A stretch of DNA of 64,000 nucleotides. Source: Myxococcota bacterium (GTDB taxonomy: Bacteria > Myxococcota_A > UBA9160 > UBA6930). Under the pieces are notes generated by a model. That model had not been told where the DNA came from. It made no database searches and saw only the letters and a list, made by a program, of their open reading frames with translations. The stretch lies in NCBI GenBank assembly GCA_965223705.1, contig OZ245015.1, positions 2,208,001-2,272,000 on the forward strand, given 5' to 3'. The first letter of the stretch is position 1. Each line of letters starts with the position of its first letter. Below, in pieces: positions 28,784-39,265 of this stretch. A program made the translations under genes and the position numbers.

Positions 28784-30229
28784 ATGAATTTTCGACGGGT
28801 AATCGGAATTCTGAGCTTTGTGCTCTATTCCCTCGCTATTGCTCAGCTAATTCCTTTGGCATGGTGTCTTCATCCGTTCGATCGGAACGGGGCCACGGGG
28901 CTTTTGGTCGGTGCGGCCGCGGCCGCGGTATTCGGAACGGTCTTTCGCCTCGTGGGCCGCACGGACGGCGAGCTCTACCGACGCGAGGGCGTTCTCGTCG
29001 TCGTGCTCGCTTGGCTCTTCGCCTCGGTGACCGGTGCCATCCCGTACCTCGCGAGCGGCGCGATCGCGCTTCCGACAGACGCTTTGTTCGAGTCGGTCTC
29101 GGGGTTTACAACCACCGGCGCATCGATCCTCGCAGACATCGAGGCCCTACCGGCCGGCCTGCTCGTGTGGCGGAGCATGACGCAGTGGCTCGGTGGCATC
29201 GGGATTGTCGTGCTGTTCGTCGCACTGTTGTCGGAGCTCGGGCCCGGCGCCCGGTTCCTCGTCAAACTCGAAGTTCCCGGCTCGAACAATGAGATCATGC
29301 ACGCCCGCGTGAGAGAAGCGGCTCGATCCTTGTTCCTCATCTACTTGGGCCTCTCCGTCGCGCAGTTGGTTCTCATGCTGCTCTTCGGAGCGACGCTCTT
29401 CGACGCGGTGACCCACACCTTCGCCACGGTGTCGACGGGAGGCTTCTCCCCTTACAGCGATTCGGTGGCACACTTCTCGACGCCGCTTCAAGGAATCGTC
29501 CTCTTGTTCATGCTGGTTTCGGGGGCGAACTTCGGGCTCTACTTCGCGCTGATTCAATCCCGGGATTTCGGCATCTTTCGGGATGTCGAGTTCCGTTTCT
29601 ATCTCGCCCTGGCGACGGTGGTCACCGTCGTTGCCGCGATCGATATCTATGCATCGGGCTGGAACCCGGACCCGTTCCGAGATCTCTTCGACGCCGCGTT
29701 TCACGTCGTTTCGCTCCTCACGACAACGGGGTTCGCGACCGCTGATTTCGCGCAGTGGCCGGGCTTCGCGCACACGGCGCTGGTCAGCGTGATGTTCGCC
29801 GGCGGCTGTGCGGGCTCAACAGCCGGCGGGGCGAAGCTCGTGCGCCTCTTGATCGGAATCAAGATCGCCCTCCGAGAAGTTCATCTCACGTTCAACCCGC
29901 GGTCGGTGATCGCGATTGCGGTCGGCGATCGCGTTGTGCCGGAAGCGTCGGCCCAGGGAGCCGTGTCTCTACTGGTTCTGTGGCTCTTCGGCTGCGGCGT
30001 CGGGGCGCTACTCCTGTCCGTCGGCGACACGGATTTCGTGACCGCCGCGACCGCCTCACTCGCGACGATTTCGAACGTCGGGCCCGGTCTGGCCGCCGTC
30101 GGGCCGACGGAGAACTTCGCGTTCTTCGCGAGTTGGCAGAAGCTCGTGATGATCGTTCTGATGTGGCTGGGCAGGCTCGAGTTCTTCGCCTTGCTGGCGT
30201 TGGTGCTACCGAGGTTCTGGAGGGTCTAG
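28784..30229 (+). CDS. trkH: TrkH potassium uptake membrane subunit
   Basis: FESVSGFTTTGA, QWLGGIG, STGGF, TTTGF, GGCAGSTAGG, NVGPG, GRLE. Confidence 0.95.
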   Translation: MNFRRVIGILSFVLYSLAIAQLIPLAWCLHPFDRNGATGLLVGAAAAAVFGTVFRLVGRTDGELYRREGVLVVVLAWLFASVTGAIPYLASGAIALPTDALFESVSGFTTTGASILADIEALPAGLLVWRSMTQWLGGIGIVVLFVALLSELGPGARFLVKLEVPGSNNEIMHARVREAARSLFLIYLGLSVAQLVLMLLFGATLFDAVTHTFATVSTGGFSPYSDSVAHFSTPLQGIVLLFMLVSGANFGLYFALIQSRDFGIFRDVEFRFYLALATVVTVVAAIDIYASGWNPDPFRDLFDAAFHVVSLLTTTGFATADFAQWPGFAHTALVSVMFAGGCAGSTAGGAKLVRLLIGIKIALREVHLTFNPRSVIAIAVGDRVVPEASAQGAVSLLVLWLFGCGVGALLLSVGDTDFVTAATASLATISNVGPGLAAVGPTENFAFFASWQKLVMIVLMWLGRLEFFALLALVLPRFWRV

Positions 30230-31083
30230 ACCGCGGCCTCCTGCGTCGCCGCTTCAAGGCGCACCGGTAGGGGTGCCGTTTGGCTTCCGGCGTACAGCGT
30301 CCGGTGCGGGAACGGGATCTCGATGTTTTCGGCGTCGAACGCTTCCTTGATCTCGTGCTGAATCGAGTTCCGAAGATCGAGGAAGTTCTCCCGTGCCGCC
30401 CACACGGAGAACTGAATTTGCAGCGCGGAGTCTCCGTAGCCTGTGAAGATAAACAGCGGAGGCGGCTCCTCGAGCGACAAGGGGTTGCGATCGGCGACTT
30501 CGGCGAGGACTTCACGCACGCGCTCGATGTTTTCCTTGTAGGCGACACCGATCTGGATATCGACCCGGCGAATCGGGAATCGCGTCAGGTTCGTGATCTC
30601 CGACTTGATCAGGGTTTCGTTGGGAATACGGACGAGGAGGTTGTCAAAGGTACGCAGTTTGGCTGACAACAGATCGAGAGAGATCACTTCGCCGGTGGTG
30701 CCGCCAACCCGAATCGTGTCTCCGACGCCGAAGGGATGCTCGCCGATCAGAAACAGTCCACTGACGAGATTCGAGGCCGAGGTTTGCGAGGCAAAGCCCA
30801 AGGCGACCCCGACAACGCCCGCAGCGCCCAACAAGACCGATAGATTGAAGCCCAGTTGATGAAGGGCGCCGGTCGCGAAGAGAAGGATCACGAAGTAGCT
30901 CAGGCCGCGACGCAGGAGCTGTGCGCGGTGCTGGTCGAGATCGTCCTCCACCAGGCGGTGCAAAGCCGCTCCGACGATCCTCGCGATCACAAGACCCGCC
31001 GCGAGAAGCGTCGCCGCTCGTATCACCGCCGAGAAGAGCTCGGGATGCATCCACTGCGGCAAGAAGGCTCCGATCGAGTCCAT
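30226..31083 (-). CDS. Small-conductance mechanosensitive channel (MscS family)
   Basis: GVALGFASQ..SNLVSG, PFGVGD, RIPNE, IEIPFP. Confidence 0.93.
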   Translation of the reverse strand: MDSIGAFLPQWMHPELFSAVIRAATLLAAGLVIARIVGAALHRLVEDDLDQHRAQLLRRGLSYFVILLFATGALHQLGFNLSVLLGAAGVVGVALGFASQTSASNLVSGLFLIGEHPFGVGDTIRVGGTTGEVISLDLLSAKLRTFDNLLVRIPNETLIKSEITNLTRFPIRRVDIQIGVAYKENIERVREVLAEVADRNPLSLEEPPPLFIFTGYGDSALQIQFSVWAARENFLDLRNSIQHEIKEAFDAENIEIPFPHRTLYAGSQTAPLPVRLEAATQEAAV

Positions 31084-31107
31084 ATCGAATGAATCCTCCC
31101 GAAGGTC

Positions 31108-31908
31108 TCAGAGCAGCCGACTGAACGCGCGAACCAGCCCGCGCGGTGTTTCTGAGCGCGGTTCCGCCAGCTGCTCGGCGTCGCGGGGGATCGCGTCGTC
31201 GACCTGGATGTCAGCGAGTTCATCGTCATCGTCTTCGCGAGTCAACGTGAGCTGCGACGTTCGCATGATGCCGGCCGAGTCAACCCACAGCCCGAGGCCG
31301 GGGACGGGTACTTTGATGCGCTCGATTCGAAGGGGCGTCGATCCGAAGTTCCGGATGCACACTTCGGTCACCGCACGGTGGGGGCTCCAGCGCACGTCCT
31401 CCTGCCGGAGACGCAGGCGTGTCCGCGAGGCGTAGCAGAGCTTGCCGTCGCGGGTGTTTCGCCCAAACCAGGTATCCGAGAGACGGACGAGGGGAAGCTC
31501 GATGACGGGTGCCGCGTTCGCTTCCAAGGCGATGCCGAGCCAGAGTGGGGACCCCACGTAGCCCGTGAGGGTGCTGCCCGGGATGACCCAAAACGGTTTC
31601 TCGGGACGGGACACGACATCGCGGTCGGCGAGGCGCGGGCGAAGGTCGACGTGTTGCGATGCCTCGGGCAAGCCGGCGAAGCGCTGCGCGGGTCCCGAGA
31701 GTTCGTCATCTCGCGGCAAGGGCGCGTTCGCGACGACTTCGAGTTCATCGGAGAACGGATCGCCTTCGCTGGCGCTGCGAATGACCCACTCGCGAGGTTG
31801 ACGCTCGATCCATAGCTGGGCGGGCCCGATCCGCCAACGCATCGAGGTCCCGACGCCCAGCACGGACGACCCCCACCAGCGCCGATCCGCGGATTCCGCG
31901 TTCGTCAA
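31108..31908 (-). CDS. Hypothetical protein, DUF432-like
   Basis: LADRDVVSRP, LSDTWFG..GKLCYA; beta-rich; directly upstream of MscS. Confidence 0.6.
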   Translation of the reverse strand: MTNAESADRRWWGSSVLGVGTSMRWRIGPAQLWIERQPREWVIRSASEGDPFSDELEVVANAPLPRDDELSGPAQRFAGLPEASQHVDLRPRLADRDVVSRPEKPFWVIPGSTLTGYVGSPLWLGIALEANAAPVIELPLVRLSDTWFGRNTRDGKLCYASRTRLRLRQEDVRWSPHRAVTEVCIRNFGSTPLRIERIKVPVPGLGLWVDSAGIMRTSQLTLTREDDDDELADIQVDDAIPRDAEQLAEPRSETPRGLVRAFSRLL

Positions 31909-31920
31909 CTTCTCGCGACC

Positions 31921-32670
31921 TTAGGCGTATTCCAGCGTGTGGCCGAAGGACGTCCGGAGCGGGGGCAGCGAGAGTTCCAGCCAGCCGGGCTCGTGCTCTC
32001 CGCGCACGCGTACGACCACCGCTGTGGCATCCGGGACGGGGTTCCTGCGGTGAGCCGTCCCGACGATGCGGCTGGCCAGCACGCGGGGTGAGAGGTCGCC
32101 TGCGGCGCGAACGAACGCTGTGTCTTCGAGGACTTCTTCCGCACCATCGGTGCAGAGAACGACGGTGTCTCGGGGTTCCAGATCTACGCCGAACACTTCC
32201 ATCGTCAGGTCGCCACCTTCGTCGACCGCGGCGTCTTGCGAAAGCTCGTGGTCGCGGGTCAGCTGGTGTGCGCGCCCTCGCCGGATCAGGTAGGCGCGGC
32301 TGTCTCCTCGATGCCCGATCACCCCGCGGTCTCCGTGTGCGAGGAGCATCGTGATGGTGGTGGAGAGTCCGCGTAGATCCGGTTCGCTCCGGACCGCGTC
32401 CTCGAGCGCCATCAACGCGTGCCCCATCGCCTGGTCGACGAGGGCACGGGCAACGCGTGCACGCGGCAGATCGAGCTCCCGTCCCGTGCGATCGACGAAC
32501 TCCTCGACGGTTTTCGCCGCCAGCCGAGCAGCGACCTCGCCACCCGGGCGTCCCCCGACACCGTCACAGACCACGTACAAACCCAGCCCGTCCTCCGCCA
32601 GAAAGACGTCTTCGTTGTGGAACGAGTCTCCGCCGGCGCGAGAGGCACCGCTGCCTTCAGTAGATGACAT
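31921..32670 (-). CDS. PP2C-family Ser/Thr protein phosphatase
   Basis: HNED, VCDGVGG, GDSRAY, LCTDG, DAT. Confidence 0.9.
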   Translation of the reverse strand: MSSTEGSGASRAGGDSFHNEDVFLAEDGLGLYVVCDGVGGRPGGEVAARLAAKTVEEFVDRTGRELDLPRARVARALVDQAMGHALMALEDAVRSEPDLRGLSTTITMLLAHGDRGVIGHRGDSRAYLIRRGRAHQLTRDHELSQDAAVDEGGDLTMEVFGVDLEPRDTVVLCTDGAEEVLEDTAFVRAAGDLSPRVLASRIVGTAHRRNPVPDATAVVVRVRGEHEPGWLELSLPPLRTSFGHTLEYA

Positions 32671-32800
32671 ATACGACCCCCTCGCTCGTTTGTAGGCGTC
32701 GGGAGCGCGCCCGGCAAGACTCCGCCCGCCCCGCCGGACAGGCTAGAGCAAGGGAGACTCGCTTCTTGAAGTTTCGGCCGACAACGACTACGCCCCTTGG

Positions 32801-34069
32801 ATGGACGCCCTGCTCCGGAAGGCCGACAGCCGCCTCGTCGAAGCGGCAAAGGGACTGCATGTGCTGGCCCATCTCGCTTGGCCCTCGTCCGTCCAATCGG
32901 AGTTCCTGGCCAACTTCTCGGCCGGTCGCCCCGCCCTTCCCGAGGTGCACTACGCAAACCTCGATCTCAGCGACACGCTCCGTGAGCTCGCGCAGATCGC
33001 CGGGGACGCCGCGCGCGTCGACTCACCGATTGCTCGCTACCTCGAGCGGACCGCGCGATCCTATCTCGCGATCGGGCGTCTGATGAACTGCGCGGGATCA
33101 CGTGAGGCCGGAAACATCTCCATCGAGATCTACGGCCGACCCGGAGATCCTCTGCCCGGCAGCACCACGAACAACCTGGATGCCGCGCTTTATTTCGTCG
33201 AGATCAGCCGAGAGTACGAACGAGCGACCAGCGGAGAGGCCGTCGACTATTGCCTTACCGGGAGCATGGTCGCCGACGCCATGGCGGAGCGCATCGGCTC
33301 TGTGATTCCGGAGAATATCGTCGAGGTCAAAGTCGATTCCCGCCTGGTTGCGAAAGCGGCGGCCGGCGCCACGCGCGTCCGCCTGCGCGAGGGGACGCAC
33401 TTCACGAAATTCGACGTCGAGCAGCTGCTGCAACACGAAGTGTTTGTCCACAGCCTGACGGCGCTGAACGGTCGTGCCCAGGGGCAGCTGACGAGTCTTT
33501 CTCTCGGCGCGCCGCGCACGACCGCGACACAGGAAGGACTCGCGACCTTCGCCGAGCTTGTGACCGGGGCGATCGATATTCAACGCATGGAGCGCATCGC
33601 CCTTCGGATCATCGGAATCGATGCCGCACTGTCGGGTGCGGACTTCATTGAGGTCTTTCAGCTCTTTCGCGAGGCGGGTCAGCCCGACGTGGAAAGCTTC
33701 AATTCGACGATGCGCATCTTCCGAGGCGTTCCTGTCGACGGGGGTGACGCCTTCACGAAAGACGGTGTCTATCTACAGGGGCTCCTCGAAGTTCACACCT
33801 TCTTTCGCTGGGCCCTGCAGAACGGTCGGCTCGAGCTGGGGCGGTATCTCCTCGGGGGTCGCATGAGCCTCGGAGACGTCTTCGCTCTCGAGCCATTCTT
33901 CAGGGCCGGAGAGCTCGCGGGGCCGCGCTATCTCCCACCTTGGATGACGCAAACGAACAACCTGACCGCCCATCTCGCCTTTTCCGTCTTCGCCAACCAC
34001 ATTGCGATTGATGACGTGGTTCCGGAGGCGTTCGAGCGTACGGGCGACCGTTGGAACCGACCTCGATAG
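32801..34069 (+). CDS. QEGLA-motif metallopeptidase (DUF1704 family)
   Basis: HEVFVH (HExxxH), TQEGLA, FTKDGVYLQG. Confidence 0.88.
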   Translation: MDALLRKADSRLVEAAKGLHVLAHLAWPSSVQSEFLANFSAGRPALPEVHYANLDLSDTLRELAQIAGDAARVDSPIARYLERTARSYLAIGRLMNCAGSREAGNISIEIYGRPGDPLPGSTTNNLDAALYFVEISREYERATSGEAVDYCLTGSMVADAMAERIGSVIPENIVEVKVDSRLVAKAAAGATRVRLREGTHFTKFDVEQLLQHEVFVHSLTALNGRAQGQLTSLSLGAPRTTATQEGLATFAELVTGAIDIQRMERIALRIIGIDAALSGADFIEVFQLFREAGQPDVESFNSTMRIFRGVPVDGGDAFTKDGVYLQGLLEVHTFFRWALQNGRLELGRYLLGGRMSLGDVFALEPFFRAGELAGPRYLPPWMTQTNNLTAHLAFSVFANHIAIDDVVPEAFERTGDRWNRPR

Positions 34070-34137
34070 CGTCTGCGAGATAGGCCTTGCCCCTCGGGTG
34101 ACGCTGCTCGATCCTGGCGGCGGGAGAACACGAAACC

Positions 34138-35457
34138 ATGTCCGAGGTGCAAGCAGAAGTCTCAACCTGGTTGATGGAACGATGGGCTTCGATCCTGGAC
34201 TGGTCGACGAGCGCCTTGTTCTACAGCCAGTTGGCGGGGATCGTCGTAGCGGTCCTCATCGCAGCCCTTCTCGCCGCCCTCGCGCGGCGGCGGCTCCCCG
34301 TCTTCGCGCGGGAACCGAGCCCGGGTGCGCTCTTCGGTTTGCGTTCTGGCCTGCACCGTCTGCGCCCGCTCGTCTTTCCACTCCTCAATATCTTGTTCCT
34401 CGGCGTAGCGGTTGAGGTCGCCGAAGCCTACGAGATGCAAAGCTGGCTCATCCGTCTCGCGCGAAGCGTCGCGGTCGTGGTTCTGCTGTTTTCGATCGCC
34501 TCGGGCTACATCCAGAACCCCCTGATCAAGGCGGCCGCCAGATGGATCGTGATCCCCGTGGCGGCCCTCCAGGTCTTCGGCTGGCTCGACGACGTCACGG
34601 CGTACCTCGACTCGGTCTCGATCAACGCGGGCAACCTGCGGCTCTCGTTGTTCGCGTTGTTGCGCACCCTCTTCTTCGGCGGCCTCCTGTTCTGGCTCGG
34701 CCGGATCTCGAATGACGCTGGCAAGAAGGCGATTCGCAACCAGCAAGCGCTCAACGCCGGAACCCGGGAAGTCGCGGCAAAGCTCTTCGAGATCGGGTTG
34801 GTCGTCGTCGTCTTCCTGCTGCTGCTGAACGTCATGGGGATCAACCTGACCGCACTCGCCGTATTCGGCGGCGCGCTGGGCGTGGGCCTCGGCTTCGGGT
34901 TGCAGCAGATCGCCTCGAACTTCATCTCGGGAATCATCATTCTGCTCGACCGCTCGATCACGATCGGAGACCACATCGAGCTCGAGGACGGTCGCTCGGG
35001 CACGCTGCGCGAACTGAACATGCGTTTCGCCGTCATCGAAACCTATGACGGCAAGGACGTCGTCGTCCCGAACGAGCAGTTCATCACGACCTCGTACACC
35101 AACTGGACCCACAAAGATCCACTTCAGCGCTATGCCCTGGAGTTCCAGGTCGCCTACTCAACCGATCTCGATCTCTTGTTCGAAAACATCCGACAACTCT
35201 GTGCGGAGCATCCACAGGTCGTGAGCGGTGACGATCTGCCGATCGAGATCCGACCGGACGCCGAGATCGCCGGTTTCGGCGATTCCGGGATCGACATCCT
35301 CGTCGAGTTTTGGATGGAGGGAATCGACGACGGCAAGAACCGCGTCGGAGCGGATCTCCTGCACGCCATCTGGCGATCGATTCAGGAACACGGCATGGAA
35401 ATTCCGTTCCCGCAGCGCGAGGTGCGGATCCTGAACGACAGCGGCGACCGACGTTAG
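34138..35457 (+). CDS. MscS-family mechanosensitive channel (extra N-terminal TMs)
   Basis: GVGLGFGLQQIASNFISG, VPNE, EIPFPQR. Confidence 0.93.
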   Translation: MSEVQAEVSTWLMERWASILDWSTSALFYSQLAGIVVAVLIAALLAALARRRLPVFAREPSPGALFGLRSGLHRLRPLVFPLLNILFLGVAVEVAEAYEMQSWLIRLARSVAVVVLLFSIASGYIQNPLIKAAARWIVIPVAALQVFGWLDDVTAYLDSVSINAGNLRLSLFALLRTLFFGGLLFWLGRISNDAGKKAIRNQQALNAGTREVAAKLFEIGLVVVVFLLLLNVMGINLTALAVFGGALGVGLGFGLQQIASNFISGIIILLDRSITIGDHIELEDGRSGTLRELNMRFAVIETYDGKDVVVPNEQFITTSYTNWTHKDPLQRYALEFQVAYSTDLDLLFENIRQLCAEHPQVVSGDDLPIEIRPDAEIAGFGDSGIDILVEFWMEGIDDGKNRVGADLLHAIWRSIQEHGMEIPFPQREVRILNDSGDRR

Positions 35458-35482
35458 GCCGGCCGGAGGCCGCTTCTGCGAT

Positions 35483-37234
35483 TCAGGAGTTGAGGAGCGC
35501 GTTGACCGCTTCCACGAGTTCCGAGGGGAGGTACGGCTTTGGCAGGAAGTTCACTCTTTCGTTCTTGGTGACGCGCGAAACGGTTTCCCCCACCGCGTAC
35601 CCAGAACACAAGAGGATCGGGAGCTCGGACTGGATCGCTCTCAGCTCCCGGAACGTCTTCTCCCCGCTCCAGCCCGGCATCAGCATGTCCAGAACGACCA
35701 GATCGACGGCTTGCCCGGAGGACAAGGCCTCGACCACCTCGCGACCGCCTTGATACTCGATGACGCGGAACCCCTCGGACTGAAGCACCCGAAGGCAGGC
35801 GCGACGCACGTCCTCGGCGTCGTCGACGACGGCCACCGTGCTGCGACGTGCCTCCCCACGCGATCGTTCATCGGCTGCCACGGACTTTTCTCCATCAGCT
35901 AGGGGAAGGTAGAGAGAAATTTCCGTCCCCTCGCCCACCCGCGTGTCCAACATGAAGCCGCCGCCGAACCCTCGCGCGGCCGCCAACGCGGTCGCGAGAC
36001 CCAGGCCGCGGCCGTTCCCTTTAGTCGTGGCGTAGGGATCAAATATTCGCTCTTCGATTTCGGTCGAGATTCCCGAGCCCGTATCGCGCACGGAGCAACA
36101 CGCATAGCCGCCGCCGCTTCGCGGTTCAGGGGGTATCAGATTCGAGGCCTCGAGGGTCGTCAGCGACGCATCGTGGGTATGGACGTGAATTTCGCCGGCG
36201 CGATTCCCAATGGCCTCCCCCGCATTGATCAAGCAGTTCATTACGATCTGGTGGAGTTTCGCTTCGTCTGCCTCGATCGGGAGCGAGGTACCGCACGACA
36301 CGTGCAGATCGACCTCGGGAGGCAGGGAGCTCTGGGTGAGTGCCGCAATCGCTTGAACTTCCTCGCTCATGTCGAGCAGGCGGCTCGCTTCGACGGTCTC
36401 GCCGGCATAGGTGCGAATTTGCGCGAGAAGGGCTCGCGACCGCTCCGCAGCCGAAACGATGTCCGCGACGACCGCAGCATTCTTGTCGTCGGGGTTCGTG
36501 CGGGCCGACAGCAGCTCCGAGTTCGCGAGGATCGGGACCAGCAAGTTGTTGAAATCATGAGCGATTCCGGCTGCGAGCTGTCCCAGGCCCTCGCGCTTCT
36601 CCGCTACGCGGAGCCGATTTCGAAGACGGTTCTGCTCATCGAACTCTTGCTGCAGTGCCAGCTCAGCGACGCGCTGCGCGTAGACGGCTTCGCCCAGTTG
36701 AATGGTCAGACGGTTCGAGATCGTTCCAGCCAGGAAACCGAAGAAGACGATGGCCCCGCCGATGGCAACCACGACCGTCCCCGGAACTTCAACAGGCCAA
36801 AGATGCGGGGCAATCGTGAGCAGCGCGGCGTTCGCAATCGATACGACACTGACGTTGCCGACCACCGTTCCGCACAACACGCAGGTGAAGAGGAGGACCG
36901 GCGGACCGGAGCTTCCGATTCCCTGGAAAATCGTGCAAAGCGCACCCGTCGCAAAGGCGAAGATGACGATGGAATAGGCTTTGATTTTTTCGGGTACGTT
37001 TCGCGGAAGAAGAACCGCGCACATCAGAATGAACATTACTCCGAACGTTGTCGGGAGGAACCATTCACCTGTCCGGATATCGTTCGGAATCCCGCCGAGC
37101 CACGCCATCGCCGTGAGCCCCAGGATCCAAGGCGTCATTCTCCGCAGTAGCGCCGCGCGGTGTTCGGCCACGATCGAAGTGGCATCGAACGCTTCGATCT
37201 CCTCGCCGCGTGATCTTTCGAGGCTCGGACGCAA
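35483..37234 (-). CDS. Membrane hybrid histidine kinase (HisKA + HATPase + receiver)
   Basis: TM region; AHDFNNLL; DTGSG; GRGLGL; VVDD..LDMLMP..KP; start uncertain. Confidence 0.9.
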   Translation of the reverse strand: MRPSLERSRGEEIEAFDATSIVAEHRAALLRRMTPWILGLTAMAWLGGIPNDIRTGEWFLPTTFGVMFILMCAVLLPRNVPEKIKAYSIVIFAFATGALCTIFQGIGSSGPPVLLFTCVLCGTVVGNVSVVSIANAALLTIAPHLWPVEVPGTVVVAIGGAIVFFGFLAGTISNRLTIQLGEAVYAQRVAELALQQEFDEQNRLRNRLRVAEKREGLGQLAAGIAHDFNNLLVPILANSELLSARTNPDDKNAAVVADIVSAAERSRALLAQIRTYAGETVEASRLLDMSEEVQAIAALTQSSLPPEVDLHVSCGTSLPIEADEAKLHQIVMNCLINAGEAIGNRAGEIHVHTHDASLTTLEASNLIPPEPRSGGGYACCSVRDTGSGISTEIEERIFDPYATTKGNGRGLGLATALAAARGFGGGFMLDTRVGEGTEISLYLPLADGEKSVAADERSRGEARRSTVAVVDDAEDVRRACLRVLQSEGFRVIEYQGGREVVEALSSGQAVDLVVLDMLMPGWSGEKTFRELRAIQSELPILLCSGYAVGETVSRVTKNERVNFLPKPYLPSELVEAVNALLNS

Positions 37235-37323
37235 ACCAAAATCCTAAGAGCGCCGCCTGGCGTGTCGCCAGATGTGGGTCAACCGGGCTCCAATGTACCA
37301 AGCCGGGGGACTCCTGAGTGCGC

Positions 37324-38946
37324 TCAATCGAAGGAGTGATTCTCGTCGGGCTCTGCCGGTTCCTGCGCCGCCGGCGCGATGTCGTCGGTGAGCTGCCGCA
37401 GGTGGTGCACCGCCCGCCACGCGTGGTGGGCGACGCGTTCCAGCCAGCGATACGCGTCCATGAGCGCCAACGCATCGGCTGCAGCCAACGCATCCGGAGC
37501 CACCTCCTTCCCGATCGTATTGCGGAACTGGACGCGGTCGCCGGAGAGATCGGCGCAAAGTGCTTCGAGCACTCTCTCCTTTGCGTCGAGCGCGTCGGCG
37601 GGTGCGGTCTCGGGAACGAGTGCGGCGGCGAGTCGCGCGGTTCGTTCGCCGAACAGGGGACTCCCGTCGAGTGCTTCCACGCGCTCGTGTTGGGCCTCCC
37701 TGGCGAGGAGACGGTTCAGTTGGTCGACGACGTGAAGAGCGGCGCGTCGACGGGCAGCGGATTCCCGAGTGGGCTCGACCAGCGAGAGATAATTTTCGAC
37801 ATCGCCGAGGGCGATCTGGAGTAGCTCGCGCCGATCCTGGTGGTTCCCCGACGTCCGATGCGAGACCAGTTGATCGCGCAGAATCTCAAAAGTGTGTTGG
37901 GCCAGCTCGACGAGCGTGGGACCGATCGCCCGTACGGCCACTTCGGGGTCGGAGAGCAGACGGCGATCGAGCCGCTCAGTGAGAGGCGTGGGGCGATCGG
38001 GTACGACCCGTTCCACGAGCCGCGCGAAGGGTTGGGTCAGCGGTAGCACCGCCACCACGCCCACGAGATTGAACGCCGTGTGGAAGGCCACAAGCGACAG
38101 CTCCGGCTGGCGCAGGAGCACTCCGGGGAGGAGCGTCTCCGAGGCGAGGACGAACATCGGTAACAGCAGGAACGCCGCCGCGGCCGTCATCACGTTGTAG
38201 ATCACGTGGGCCCAGCCCGTGCGTCGGCCGGCGAGCGAAGCCCCGATCGCCGCGAAGCCCGCGGTGACAGTGGTTCCGACATCCATCCCGATCACGAGTG
38301 CCGCGGCTTGCGGGAAGCCGATGGCACCGCCGGAGATCGCGGCCAGAGCCGAGGCGACACCGGCGCTCGAAGACTGCGTGACCAGCGTGAAGACGACACC
38401 GACGCCGACGAGCCGAAGCCGACCGGCCACCGAGTCTGCGGGAAACTGCTCCGGGGTCACCAGTCCTTCGAATGCGGCACTCCCCTCCCGAAGCATCTCG
38501 ATGCCCACAAACGCCAAGCCGAACCCGGCGATCCCCAGGCCGGCGCTCGCGAGGCGCCCTCGCCCGAACACCCGCAAGAGCGCTCCCGCGAGGACGACCA
38601 CCGGCATCGCGGTTCCGAGTTCGAGCTTGAATCCGACCCATGCGACGATCCACCCGGTGATCGTCGTGCCGACGTTCGCTCCGAAGACGATCCCGAGCGC
38701 CTGCGGGAACGTGAGGAGGCCGGCGCTCGCGAAACCGACCGCGGTGACTGTCGTGACACTCGACGACTGCACCAGGGCCGTGGCGGTCGCACCGGTAAGC
38801 GCTCCGGAAGTCGGGTTTCGCGTGAAGCGTCGCAAGGCGCGGTGGATTGCCGCTCCGGCGAGGTCCCGGAGCCCCTGGCTCAGGATGACCATCCCGAGGA
38901 GGAAGAGACCGAGACCTCCCGCGACTTCGAGGGCGTTCTGTACCAT
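37324..38946 (-). CDS. Na+/Pi cotransporter family protein
   Basis: GGLGLFLLGM, two QSSS repeats, GANVGTT/GMDVGTT, PhoU-like tail. Confidence 0.92.
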   Translation of the reverse strand: MVQNALEVAGGLGLFLLGMVILSQGLRDLAGAAIHRALRRFTRNPTSGALTGATATALVQSSSVTTVTAVGFASAGLLTFPQALGIVFGANVGTTITGWIVAWVGFKLELGTAMPVVVLAGALLRVFGRGRLASAGLGIAGFGLAFVGIEMLREGSAAFEGLVTPEQFPADSVAGRLRLVGVGVVFTLVTQSSSAGVASALAAISGGAIGFPQAAALVIGMDVGTTVTAGFAAIGASLAGRRTGWAHVIYNVMTAAAAFLLLPMFVLASETLLPGVLLRQPELSLVAFHTAFNLVGVVAVLPLTQPFARLVERVVPDRPTPLTERLDRRLLSDPEVAVRAIGPTLVELAQHTFEILRDQLVSHRTSGNHQDRRELLQIALGDVENYLSLVEPTRESAARRRAALHVVDQLNRLLAREAQHERVEALDGSPLFGERTARLAAALVPETAPADALDAKERVLEALCADLSGDRVQFRNTIGKEVAPDALAAADALALMDAYRWLERVAHHAWRAVHHLRQLTDDIAPAAQEPAEPDENHSFD

Positions 38947-39224
38947 TCGTGAGGATTGGCCCTGCAACAATGGGGCCTGGAACGCGTTGGCCCCTAACAG
39001 GTCGCGTCCCATGCACGCTGAGAATTGGATCGGAGCGATCGACCCGGAGGCTCCTGCAACGGATGCCGCCCGGCGCGGCGGCGGCTCGCCGTCGTCGCCG
39101 GCGCATTCTTTCAATCGGAACCGGCGGACCCGGCCGATCTAGCGGCGCTGCCGCGGCCCGCGCATTGCAGGAGACAGCTCGACACAGATTGTGGCGGATC
39201 GTCCCAGCTCGGCGTGAGCAGCGC

Positions 39225-39240
39225 TGGCATGCTGCCTGCA
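39225..39240 (+). promoter_or_regulatory. sigma54 (-24/-12) promoter
   Basis: TGGCATGCTGCCTGCA, followed by AGGAGG RBS and ATG 39266. Confidence 0.65.
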
Positions 39241-39265
39241 TCGTGTTCCGCAGGAGGCTCCTGCC

